From assembly GCA_046563655.1 (NCBI GenBank), contig CM102289.1, positions 7,874,001-7,938,000 on the forward strand: DNA of 64,000 bases, read 5' to 3'. Shown one piece after another: positions 41,006 to 53,804 of this stretch. Under the pieces are notes generated by a model. It ran no database searches and was not told the DNA's origin. It saw nothing but the letters and a program-made list of their open reading frames with translations. A program made the translations under genes and the position numbers. Source of the DNA: Yuukianura sp. NJ FZ-2021. Lineage: Eukaryota. Each line of letters opens with the position of its first letter. The stretch's first letter is position 1.

Positions 41006-42561
41006 TTAACCATCAGCTTTTGGTGGAGTGAACCATCCGTTCTTCTCGTGTATTTGGACCAGAGATTTGTAGGATTGCTGAGCTCGAGCTAAGCTGTACT
41101 GTGACTAAAAACATAAAATTCCAAGCTTCAAAGTTGTCCAAAGATTCAGTAAAACTGTGTTGAAATAAATCTAACCTGAGAAAGCTTGTTTGCTCCAAAT
41201 TGAATCCGTGCCTTGCCTTTGACAAACGTTGCTGCAATCTGCATAATGACTGCTTCGACAGTATAAGCGGAACTCCAGCCTTGCTTTGTGAGTAATTCCA
41301 TACAAATTGCTCCGCCCAACAAAACGTATCCTCCAGTCATTAGCGGATGAACAACTCGAACGAACGGAGGTTCAAAGGGATAATTCTCCTATTTAGCCAA
41401 AGAATTAAGTCATGAAAAGGAAATAATAATAATCAATAAAAGTGAGAAAAAATTACCTTGAAGGTGATATTCAGCAAAATGTAGTCTTTTCCCTCCTTTT
41501 CTTTCAATGTAATCAGATCCGTGTACAGCGGCGAGTCTTTGTCAACACCCTTCAACTTAACGTTCCACTCATACAGACTATCATTGACAAGCTCAATGCT
41601 GTAAATCCCTAGGATTAAAAGAAATTTTTGTAATTAAACAAACTTAAGCTAATATCACATTTAACAATTACCGCGTTTAAAAGTATCCGATCTGTAGATG
41701 TCTCGCAACTCTTTCATGAGGCGATCCGATGCTTGCACAGACCCAGTAACAGTCCCTTGTAGGTAGTCTTGCCGTTGGTTGGCCTTGAGTCTCTCTAACG
41801 TGGCAACATGCTCTCCATCTATTCCTTCTTTCTCCTTGTTCTTATTTGGTGGTTCATCTTCGAGATCAATGTGAATATCATCGTCGTCGTCGTCCTCTCC
41901 TTCCTTTTCTTCCTCTTCATCGTCATCATCAAACTCATACTCAATGTCCATTTCATCAGAATCATTACTTGCACTACTTCCAGATTTAGAGGAACAGCCA
42001 GAGGATGAGGAGCAAGTATTGGATGGTCCAACCCTTGACGTTGAACTTACATCGCTGTCCATTTCTATGTTGAGACGCTCAAAATCTGCGGTAGGGACTG
42101 GAAGACCGTGAGCTTTGCATAGTTCCCGCACTAATGTTTGGACTTGGACAATCACATGATTGTCGTGACCTGGAACCCAAACCAAACATTTTAAATAACT
42201 GCAAAATCCATATAAATCATTTGTACTTATAAGACATTCACCTGTTGTGTTTGATAGCATTTCAACAGCAGACGTAACAAAGGCATCGTCAGTATCGGCG
42301 AACCATACTGGAGGAGCTTGTGGATACGTCTCCTGAAAAGCAGCGGAAAAAGAAAAACATCATGTAATCTGATCAAATTCATAGGTTCAAAGGACTTACA
42401 GTTATGTTGGCTGTGATTTCATGTTTAAATCCGTTACTTCCAACAAAGTGACAAATTAGTTCATCCACCGAGGCGGTAATTGTTCTGAAGCGTTCATGGC
42501 TCTTAGCGAATACTTTCTCAATCGCTCGTATTTCTGATTTTAATGTGTTAAAACAAGCCAT
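41006..42561 (-). CDS. UBE2Q: Ubiquitin-conjugating enzyme E2 Q-type (RWD-like N-terminus, acidic linker, UBC domain)
   Basis: [90 protein letters not shown]; about seven short-intron exons. Confidence 0.93.
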
Positions 42562-43199
42562 AGTTTGAGTACTATCCCTCAAACTCAGAACAAATCCTTG
42601 CTCCCGTGGTCCCGTGTACTGTAAAATACTCCCAGTCAGCTGATACAACAAGCGTCTCAACCAATCCAGAAACTGTAAAAAAACAACATAAAAATATAAA
42701 TAGCTTTCTGATCAACCTTACATACAGCACATTAGAATAATCTTTTGAAACATAATCGATTTCAATACCTATTTTCACGAGCAACTGAACTAGCAAGGTA
42801 GCTTTCACGAAACAACAGACTTGTTTCACAAGCTAACCTCAGTCCCGTTACAACTTGTTTTTGATAACTACCTTTTTCAATCTCAAACTATCAGATGATT
42901 TCTGTAACTCTGTCTTTTTCGTACAATTTTCTCGAATTGACAAATCTGCAGTTTGACTGACTCTTTGAATCATTCGATTAGTTGAGAGATGTTTGACAAA
43001 CAAAGTAAGATTAAAGTGAAATTAAGTATGAAATGGAAGTGATTTAGGGAGCCACAACGGAGATGGACGAAGAACGAGGAGAGAGAAGGGAAATCTTTTG
43101 TTTGATGTTTTTGAGTGGAAATGAAGTGAGCAGCAAGCAGCTCAGCAGCAGAACGACGAATCGCACTTGAGTTCTTCAACACAAAGCAAATGAAATCAA

Positions 43200-44000
43200 A
43201 CTCTGGTCCTATGACGTCACCATATATGAACTTTACTAAGGTCTGCACAGGCGGGAACTCGTCCTGCGCATAACATCAAATTTTTTGTGGTGCACACTGC
43301 ATTTAATTTTTTCTACTTTTAATTCAATTTGATGAACCCACTAGCATATTGCTATAAGTCAGCCAATTCTTCTCTGTTTACATCTTTATAAACATAACCT
43401 AAAAATTGCATGTGGACAGCAAACACTTAAAGCTGATTATAAATACATTTCACATTTTAGTTTATGATGTTGATTAGCATCTCAGTTCCTCATCTCATTC
43501 AGCACTGTTTGAAAAATCTATTCCCAATTTATCTCAAAAACTTCAAAAAATTTTGTCAATTTTGAACTGCTTCTTTCGTAATTTCCGTTGAGAAATATTT
43601 CGAAAAACAGGCTTAGTTCCAAAGAGCAAGCACGGAAAATTAACAACTCCGAGTAAAATGTATAAATTATACAGTAACTGTTAATGACAATGAGAGTGGC
43701 GCACCTCGAAATCACAGATGTGGTTTTGGAATGCGAAAATGCAGTTTTGAATTGCCAGTCCAAATTACGTAATGGTAATTCCGTCGACAAATCATACGTA
43801 ATGTCAATGTTTATGATTAGTGCAATAACTGTGTTTTTTGTAGTTTCGTAATTATGGATTTCGCCAAATGCCAAATATTAATTTTTGGAACAAAATGAAA
43901 ATTCAAAAATTGGCGCCTGCCGTTCCATATGATTTTAACCTTTCTAAAAATTGGAAATTAGAGAAGCACGCTTTACCATACTTTGTGGCTCTTTTGTTGC
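43200..44000. promoter_or_regulatory. Divergent promoter region between UBE2Q (-) and RpL12 (+)
   Basis: Head-to-head genes. Perfect CRE TGACGTCA at 43212-43219, E2F-like GGCGGGAA at 43250-43257, pyrimidine-rich TCT/5'TOP-like ctctttt at ~43989-43995 upstream of RpL12. Motif function not demonstrated. Confidence 0.35.
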
Positions 44001-44069
44001 TGATTCGGGTTTCCGTTCAGTTTATCAATCGTTTAAAGGTCAATTAATTGACAGTTACATCAGCCAAAG

Positions 44070-44873
<804 letters not shown>

Positions 44874-45163
44874 GTTTTCCAGTTTAGATATTTGTCTCCC
44901 TAACTTTTGGAATAAACATAACTGAAATGTGGACCGCAACGAACTTGACACATCTTTTCTGAGAGGAGACATCATGGATCATGAGCCTAGGTTTGTGATT
45001 CGATTTCAGTAAGAATTCGGGACTTTTTATTTTATTCGGATTCATAATTTTCTTATTTATAAAACTCTTTTAGGTCGAATTGTACTTTTTTTGAGACTGG
45101 GAGTTGCAGCAAGGGTTGACGATGTCTTCATCGCAGCCAGTTGGCAAATATTGATTGAGCAGT

Positions 45164-45730
45164 TTAGTAGTAGAATCCATGACCATGACCATATCCGTAC
45201 CCATGGCCATAACCATGACCATAACCGTACCCTGGATATCCAGCATGGAATCCGTATCCTAAAATTGCAATTCCGATTAACATTTTCATCATAATGGTTC
45301 TCGTTTTTGTTCCAGTGACTTACCATGTCCGTATCCGCCATAACCGCCATATCCACCATAACCTCCGTAGCCTCCATAACCACCATAGCCTCCGTAACCA
45401 CCATAACCTCCGTATCCACCATAACCTCCATAACCGCCATATCCTGAAATAGGAATCAGAAATGTTCCGACATTTTTTTTGAGATAGACTAGAGCTTGAG
45501 CTTACCGTAGCCTAGGTAATGTCCAGCGGCTGTTTGTAAATCGTCTTTCTTTTCACTAGTTTCAGCAACTGCGACTGCCGCAGTGTCCTTATCTTCAGCC
45601 TTTGGATCTGCAGCGATGGCAATGGCACATCCCGCCAAGAACAGAACTAATACCTGCAACCACAACCAAGTTGAATTCAATATCTTTTTCTAAAGTGCTG
45701 CCAGCATTTGGTCCTTACCAGTTTGACCAT
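45164..45730 (-). CDS. Secreted glycine/tyrosine-rich (GGY repeat) protein, cuticular or antimicrobial-like
   Basis: Exons ~45719-45730, 45506-45653, 45324-45444, 45164-45258. Signal peptide MVKLVLVLFLAGCAIAIA, acidic piece ..KKDDLQTAAG, 12 x YGG, then a GYGHG-rich tail ending GFYY*. Confidence 0.88.
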
Positions 45731-45805
45731 TTTTCTCCTTTGAAGTTGACCCTTGAGTCTTGAAGTTGAAACTGAACTGTGACTTGATGTTGAACTTCGT
45801 TCGAC

Positions 45806-45813
45806 CTTTTATA
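45806..45813 (-). promoter_or_regulatory. TATA box of the GGY-repeat gene
   Basis: TATAAAAG on the minus strand about 80 bp upstream of the ATG, with Inr-like (C)AGT(T/C) sequence about 30 bp downstream. Confidence 0.55.
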
Positions 45814-46837
45814 TTTATCCCAAGCACTTTGCAGTACTACCGGCAGTAGTGCGTTGCTCATTTTGAGGAAGGACTCAATCCACGCGTGCTTGTCACTAAC
45901 TTTTTTAGTAGACGTGTAATTAAAACTTAGTTTTCAGTTTCATAGCCAGTAGGCCACTGAAAGGAACAGTGAGCTTGATTACCCAACTCCCATGATATGA
46001 TTTGTTGATAGTATAGCGTTAAGTGATACACGCAGCATGTACTGGCAAGTATACCAACACTTGCCAGTACATACTGCGTCCATTGATGGGAATTCGACTG
46101 AAAATGTAGGTCAAGAGGTCTCCTTCCTAAATTAATAAAATTCGCCTTGAGGTTTTCAACCAAACGGGAAATGCCAGTCAACAGTTCATAAGTTGGTAAA
46201 ATATTTTATGCGGATGCTGTTTATGTTTGGGGGTTATGCTTGGAGTAGAGCGTAACTGAAGAATAAGACATGCGTTACAGCATCTAATTAAATGCTTTAG
46301 TCAAAATGAGAACTTAAGCGCAAATACTACTCGCAAGTATCATTGCTTCTGTTTCCTGCTGTAAAACCAAGAGTTGAAATTAATTATACGTTACACTTTT
46401 ACTGGGCTCTGCGTCGCTAAAAGGAATCATTTTGCAAGGAATTTGCCATAACATTTCAATTAATACTTTTCAGTTTTTGGGGTGTCGAAACCGATTTTGG
46501 CTTAACTTAGGCTTAACTTTTTAAAAGAATTTTCCCAATTAGATAAAAAAAATTCTTGTTCTTGCCAAAATAATAATTGGTTGCAAAAAAAAGTGTAGGT
46601 CATCAAACACCTATACCTCGATTACAATTTTCCTGTGACCTCGTACTGTTCAGAGGCCTAAAATTATGTTGACCTATCAAAATGACATTCATTTTAATGA
46701 CATTATTATGTAATCCACTGCTTAAAGTATAATCAAAACGCAAATGAGGTAATAACACGCTCCTACCTTTTGTGGAAAAAGATTCAAATCGTTTTTTTCT
46801 TCTCAATTTTGATGACTGAAATTTTCATTGTTTTGGT

Positions 46838-47358
46838 TTATGGTTTTTGCTGCTTTTTGTCGAAACATGCACAATAGTTGCCAATTGCGCAAGTCCAACA
46901 AACACGATGATCAGTTTTTCCAGCATCGGTACATATTTTGGTACACGTCTTTTGTTCGACGTATTCAAATGGCGTGCAATGCGTAGGGGTTCCACCAATT
47001 TTTGAGGCATTCTGTTCCACAACAAAAACTTACAACTTTGTAGGTCATACATTTTTTGAAAATTTTGAATTACTAGTTGAACTTTACCGGTTCTTTGGAA
47101 CACATACAAGCTCCGTTTTCTGCGCAAGGTGTACCTTTTCCACATAATTCTGCGCAGACGTCGATGCTTGGACCCTTGGAGTTGCAGGACTTAGGAGGTA
47201 TAGTAGGCGTCAGAGGACACGACTAAAAGAAAGATCGAAAAATTAACACTGAAAAATTTCCTGAATACTAAAAAATTGTAAGTTTTTAGTATTGTTTTTA
47301 CCATTGACAGGGTCAAATATAGTGACGCAGCGGCGTAAAGTACGAGTCGTTTATCCAT
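46838..47358 (-). CDS. Small secreted Cys-rich protein with two tandem defensin-like (CS-alpha-beta) domains, 121 aa
   Basis: Exons 47302-47358 (MDKRLVLYAAASLYLTLSM), 47088-47222 (SCPLTPTIPPKSCNSKGPSIDVCAELCGKGTPCAENGACMCSKEP), 46838-47011 (NASKIGGTPTHCTPFEYVEQKTCTKICTDAGKTDHRVCWTCAIGNYCACFDKKQQKP*). Phase-0 GT-AG introns of 79 and 76 nt; each domain has CxxxC and CxC. Confidence 0.72.
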
Positions 47359-47815
47359 ATCGTTTTAGTCGCAGAATCAGTCTCCAAATAATGTATTGGT
47401 GCATGAGCTATTGGTAAACTAGAAAACTAAAGCGAAAGTCGACAATTGTTTCATTATGCAAATCATTATGTTTCGTTCCAAATGTTTATTCATGAGTGAT
47501 CCTGAGTTAATTCATTGAGTAATTCCAGTTTTCACAAGTGGAGTTTGTTAGACTATTTAGGTTAACTTTAACTATACATCGCAACTTACCGTAACGAACA
47601 TAACCTAGCTTACTAGCTGTAGCATTGATCAATCTTCGTTTTAAAATGACAAGAACTTGCACCGTTATACAAGATTTTTACTAATAAGTAAAGCGTTCAC
47701 AAAACGCCAAGAATAATAATTTTGGATAGTAGATATGAGTAAATGGAAGGATGATTTTTCAACGATTGAAATGTTCAAGTTGAGATGAGCTCAGGCTGAG
47801 AAGTTCAACTTGGGA

Positions 47816-49864
47816 TTATGTTGGCTTATTATACTGGCAGATCTTTTCGTTTTCACACTTTTCTCCAATGACCTTTGTCGCACCGTCGCGGAATTCCTCA
47901 AAACTACAACGAAGTTTTCCATTGCAATACGGTATAGGAACTTCAGTCTCCTGAACGAACAGGCTGACTTGATGCTCGGTTGGACATCTATTTTAGAAAC
48001 AATTTTGAAAAAGAATCCTAAGATCTCGATTTCATAATTGTTTTCCGCTTACTTGTGTAACACAAGGGCAATGTTTGTGGCGAATGAGCCAATTCGGGTT
48101 GTCCTCCACAGTCGATCTCGCTTCGAATGGAAATTGTCACTACGATGATCTTCTTTATCACGAAATAGTCCCAGCCGAGCTAAAACCTTGAGCGTTGTTC
48201 CACTATGAGTGAAGTATGCTATCACATTTGGAGACTGGGTTGGATTTTGGATTCGATTACTAGTAAAAAAACAAGGATTAAAAAGTTACGACTTCGATTT
48301 GTTAATGAATTCAAGGCAGAAAGTTTCTTAAGTAATTAAATAGAAAGTACCCAAAGTGCTGAATCGAATCCATGACTGCAGGACAAGCTGATTGGTAGGA
48401 AATTTCTTTCCCATATCCATCAACCCAGTAGTAATCAGTATCTTGGTAGTATTCTAGAACTTGAAAATCGGATTCGGTAAATACAGAGCACCAAGGCGAA
48501 GGTGTGTCAGGAGTGTAGGACGTTTCGAATGCACAGTTTTGGTACATTAAAACAAGAAGCTCATTGGAAATGGTTGACTGGAACCCAAGGCCTTAGAATT
48601 TTAGACAAATTATTTCGATTTGATCCTGAGTGTTAAGTTTAAATGATAAATGATAAATGTTACAACTTATTCCAACTTACGTTCGCTGATGGCTTTCAAA
48701 GTTTCTTGAAACGGCGGAGATTCAACGAACAGATTTTGTTCTTTATAAGTTTCCGGATTCTTGTTGACACCTTTCAGCCACTTCTGACAAGACTTGTAGA
48801 ACTAGCAAAGAATCGAATTGCTTAAAAAAACGTATATACTGCAAAGGATCAAGGAACTCGGAGCTTACCCGAAGTATAGGATCTGCTTTTTCGGGTTTCG
48901 GGTATTGGACCTTGTTTTTCCCTTCCTCACCGAACAGAGCCCCGGCAAATGCATCAGCACTGTCCTTTGTCCGTGAACTGTCTGTGTACTTGAACTAAAT
49001 CCATCATGAATTGTAATAGTAATTGAAATGTATGATTTAACCCTTAATTCAACTAATACTAACTAAAGTAGAAGTACTTTTTAGTAAAATTCTGGAGACT
49101 CAAATCCGCGCTTACATAATATGTTTTGTCGGTGTACTCTGCAGGAAATAAGGCCGGGAATCTTTTTCGGTAACGTGAAGCGATTCCAGCCATTTCTTTC
49201 ACACCTTGTGGCATCAACATTTTCTCTTGAGATTCGTCGACGTCCGGATAAGGTACCCATGCCTTCAGTTTTTCAAATGCAGAATCACAGAGATCACCTT
49301 GATAAAGTTACACAAATATCCATAATACAGAAATCTGTACCGGAAAAACGTTAATAATCTTAACATTAACCTTATGAATTACCTCGTCCTTCACCACGGT
49401 TCACAACAATGTCATCGCGGGCTTTCGACAGGGTTACGTTGAACTCCCGGATCAATTTCGTATTTGGAGTTCTCGTTCCGTGTCGAATGAGCATCCAAAT
49501 TTGTTCAGGAACACAACCTAAAAAATACGTAAAGCAAACGAATTATCCACTATTAACACAGAATTCTTAATTACTTTACCTTCTTAATTACTTAATTACT
49601 AAGTCAAAGTTTGCAAAGCATACCGTCCCCAGTTTGTGTTGAGGTTGACACACTGTCGTCGTTTACCAAATATGGCGTTTTGGTGGCAGTATAGGACGTC
49701 GGAGTGTGGAATGCAGTATGACATTTTGGAAAATACTTAATTAAGCTAAAATAACAACCAATTATAATTGCAATACATGCAACTAAAACAATAACAACGT
49801 TTCGTAAAAGAATCATCCTGCTCCGGCCTCTGCTTGGTGTTGCTCCAGTTTTGAAGCAAGGCAT
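47816..49864 (-). CDS. Multiple inositol polyphosphate phosphatase (histidine acid phosphatase, MINPP1/Mipp-like)
   Basis: TATKTPY, CVPEQIWMLIRHGTRTP (RHGxRxP), MYQNCAFE..SPWCSVF..VLEYYQD..YWVDGYG, YFTHSGT..LGLFRD, IGSFATNIALVLHKC; about nine exons with short introns. Confidence 0.92.
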
Positions 49865-50400
49865 CTTCTTTCACTTCTCAGAATTATGAATTGGAAACAA
49901 AAATTCAAAATTTGCAAAGTGCAAATAACTGGCGCCGAAGTCTCACACCTTCTCTCAACAGTCAACGCTTTAACTGTCCTAAAATTTGTCGATGACACTT
50001 GTTTTGTTTCTTCTGAAAACTTGTGGAGCAACAATTTTGACTTCTTTTTTTGGCCAAAAACAAAAATTTGTTGAAAAGTTGCGTCAAACTTCTCAGTCTA
50101 GTCATCCAGTTCCAGACACTAAAGTAAACTTTAATACCACATTTAAACGTCGTAGTAGTTTCCAGAATTTGCCAATTTTAACCAAAATCCGGTTCCGTGA
50201 TAGCGATGACACAGTGAGACATGACTCATGCAATTCATGCATGTTAAGATTTCATTAACTGCAATGATACAAGGAAAACGTTCTTTGGAAAGTTTTGTTG
50301 CAATTCGTCTGAGTCCAAAAATATGCAACTTTAAAATGTTAAGAAATCAAGTTGGATAGCTGGAATTAATTTTATTTCGAAATGTCAAATCGAACAAATT

Positions 50401-53400
50401 TTATAAACAAAATCCAGCTCCGTTTGGAGGTTGCGCTCGATACCCTCTGCGCAAAAGTTTACAACGAAATTCTTCTAAACGTGGAGCAGCTTCTTCAGTA
50501 CTGTTGGCTTCCGCTGGAGACCAAAGTCTTTCGGCAGGAACGGCAGCTCGTGGCCACAAAAGCGGAATCTAAAACACAATGGAATTTTAAAATTGAAAAT
50601 ATAGCCAATTCGGCATACATGCTAATGAAAATATGTAACAAGTTTTACCAAGTTGTTTTCATCGATGTATTCTGCCCACATATTGGGCCCTCCACCGATG
50701 ACCAAGCTTTTCTGGACATCGGTTCCATTGAAGTTATGAGGGTCGCATTCGTAGTACTTGTGCCAATCGACGCCATAACTGATATGATCCAAGTACCAGC
50801 ATGATCCTAACAGTGTTCGGTATCCAGCTTCAGTTACATTAAAAAGTTGACTATCCAATTCTTCCAGAATCCAAATATGAACAATCATTCCTTCTGGAGC
50901 AGCTTCGTTATTGAAAAATACTTCCTGCCAACCGATTTGTGTAGAATTTGGAGACAGTTCTCGGACGATATCAACCAGTCGATGCATATGATAATCTTCT
51001 AGCAACGAGTAATCATCGCCAAATCCCTGCAATTCCATAAATTCCCGCACTTCCGCATTGCTTGCCCTGAGAAATTGCGAAAGGGAAACGTAGTTCGCTT
51101 ATGGGCGACAGCGGACCCGTACGATTTGGCTGAAAATTTAACCAGTTGTTCTCGAGACCTATAGGAACAACTTTTGTACAGGGCTCAGACGGGGCATCAA
51201 ACGGTTTGACCTCCAGGGGTCACCAAAGGTCAAGGGGTCATCCTATGACAACCCCCCTTAAGTAAGGTATCTTTGGAAAGCCCTTCCCCTCCTGATTCAG
51301 AAAATGTATGGGTATCAATACTTTGGTCCAGCCATTGAGCCGTAAGAGGTCACCGAAGGTCAACTATGAAAAAAGTTGCAAAGTACCAACAAGTGAACAT
51401 CGTTCCATGACAACCTGCAAAATGACCTATACAAAAGTTGTTCCACTCAAAAAGATAAGCAACTTTTTCCCTTGAGATTTTTCTCTACGGTGAACAGCTG
51501 ATGAGATACCGTCCAAGGCCAAAACTGCTAGAAGTAGATTTCAGGTAGGACTTTGGCCACTGTAAAAGGAAATTGGACAACAACGACCGTTGTACACTTC
51601 TAGATTCCCCCAGTACATGGAAAAGGTTCAAGAAAGTAACTTCTTAAAACAATATGCTGACGTTTAAATCAAAACTGTAGGAAAGAATCAGATTCCGTTT
51701 CACCGTGGCCAAAGTCCTATCTGAAATCTACTTCTAGCAGTTCTGGCCTGGGTCGGTATCTCATCAGCTGTTCGCCGTAGAACAAAATGCAAGAGGAAAA
51801 AGTTGCTTATTTTTTAGAGTGGAACAACTTTTGTATGAGTCATTTTGCCGGTTGTCATGAAACGATTTTCACTTTTTGGTACTTTGAAACTTTTTTCATA
51901 GTTGACCTTCGGTGACCTCTTACGGCTCAATGGCTGGACCAAAGTATTGATACCCATACATTTTCTGAATCAGGAGGGGAAGGGCTTTCCAAAGATACCT
52001 TACTTAAGGGGGGTTGTCATAGGATGACCCCTTGACCTTTGGTGACCCCTGGAGGTCAAACCGTTTGATGCCCCGTCTGAGCCCTGTACAAAAGTTGTTC
52101 CTATAGGTCTCGAGAACAATTGGTTAAATTTTCAGCCAAATCGTACGGGTCCGCTGTCGCCCATAAGCGAACTACGTTGCCCTTTAACATTTTTTTTTTG
52201 TTGATTTCAATGCTTGCAATTCTTTGTATTTTTACCAGCAGTCGTAGCTGACTTCATCTCCGCCGAGATGGATCCAAGCATCTGGGAACGTTGTAAGGAT
52301 CTCTGTGTAAAATTCTCTGAAAAACTCATAGTTTGCTTCATTTGCGGGATTGACGTGCCCAAAAGTTCCGTCTGGAATTTCTGTTCCATTTATGTAACAT
52401 GGCGTTAGCAAACCTGGTTGCCCCACCCATGATTGCGTATGTCCTAAACTTATTTAAAATAAAACTTTTATAGACTGTCATAGGTATAATATATACATGT
52501 CATGAGACATATACAGATATGTATAAAATATCTGTAACGCCTATATTGTGTTGTATACAACCACTCATGTTCGCTACAAAAGTTAATTTTTCCGAATATT
52601 GCGAAAAATTGACGTCCTTGGGCGAAACACCAATGAGAATGTTAAGCATTCTGCTTTCGAGAAACGCTTTCGCTGACCGTTAACTACAACATAATATTTT
52701 CGTATTCACTGACCTGGAGTGTCGAATTCTGGAATAACCCGGATTCCTCTGACGCGTGCGTACTCAATTATGTCCTGAACATCTTGTTTGGTATACTCCA
52801 ACGTGGGATGAAATGATCCTTGAGTACTAAGATTTGGAAATGCGTCGCTCTGGAACGGAAATGCTTCGTTGTCGCTGATGTGCCAATGGAGAATGTTAAG
52901 CTTAGTCATTGACATTAGATCCAAGTTGTCAAATAGAATCTGTTTAGGCTGAAAATGTCTTGCGGAATCTAGCAGAAGTGACCTGTGTGGGAACCTCGGG
53001 TAGTCGTAAATTCCAGTAGCATCTACTTGAACCTAAAAATTGGTTTAGTTTCATTTCCTGCCTGTCAAAAATTAAAAGTTAACTGATTCAGTATTTGAAC
53101 TTTAATGGCAAGTTACAGCGTCTCCGTTCCAGTAAAGAAGCTGTGAAAAAGTTTCCAGTCCTCTCAGAATTCCCCAAATGCTGTTTGATTTTAGCTCAGC
53201 AAAAGTGATGTTCGCCGGGTCACCTACTTGCAACTCATCTAAAATAATCAAAATTTTGACTCTAAGCCAAGAAAAAAGAAACACAATTTTTGCTAAACAA
53301 AATCGTTTTGTGAAATTTTGAAGTTTACATGACTCATCCATGTTTTCATATGGCCAATTTTCGCATTCGCTGGTCAATTGTACCTCCAGCTTTTGCAAAT

Positions 53401-53804
53401 ACTCAACAGCATTCACCCTGTCTTTATGCGTAGGCGTCTGGTGGGCAATCGTTCCAATAATCCGCTCATATCTCTCTATGGCTCCGTCCAGAATTGAACA
53501 ATTGAAACCAGTACTCTGCAGTTCAAAAATTTCAAAACAGTGAACCCGGGAAATTTTGAACTTCCCAGAATCAAAATTTTGAAGCTAGGCTGCTGTAATA
53601 ACTCACCAAAAATTGAAAATTTGTCGGATCAACCAAAAACAAATTTCCAGGAAACCACACTTGTACTTGCGGTTTAGGCCAAACTTGTCCAGTACTTGGC
53701 AAAACAATAGGTCCATGCCTCGTCGTTTCCGAAGTCTTTCCTAATCCGAGACCAAAAATTTCCAAATTCCAGAATCCAAGAATTACCAATAATTTGACCA
53801 GCAT
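50401..53804 (-). CDS. Beta-hexosaminidase (GH20, HexA/HexB-like)
   Basis: Signal peptide, [66 protein letters not shown] (catalytic DE), CWYLD, LWPRA..AERLWS; exons ~53608-53804, 53329-53517, 53117-53238, 52714-53032, 52236-52443, 50650-51066, 50401-50568. Confidence 0.95.
51080..52185. mobile_element. 1.1-kb foldback / large palindromic non-autonomous element inside a hexosaminidase intron
   Basis: Left arm 51080-~51560 (aaagggaaacgtagttcgcttatggg..ctttggccac) is the reverse complement of right arm ~51705-52185 (gtggccaaag..cccataagcgaactacgttgcccttt). The outer ~290 bp is almost perfect, the inner part has more mismatches, and the spacer is ~140 bp. Confidence 0.93.

Noticed and set aside
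46166..46175. NF-kB-like site GGGAAATGCC upstream of the GGY gene
   Set aside because: Single imperfect match; not distinguishable from chance.
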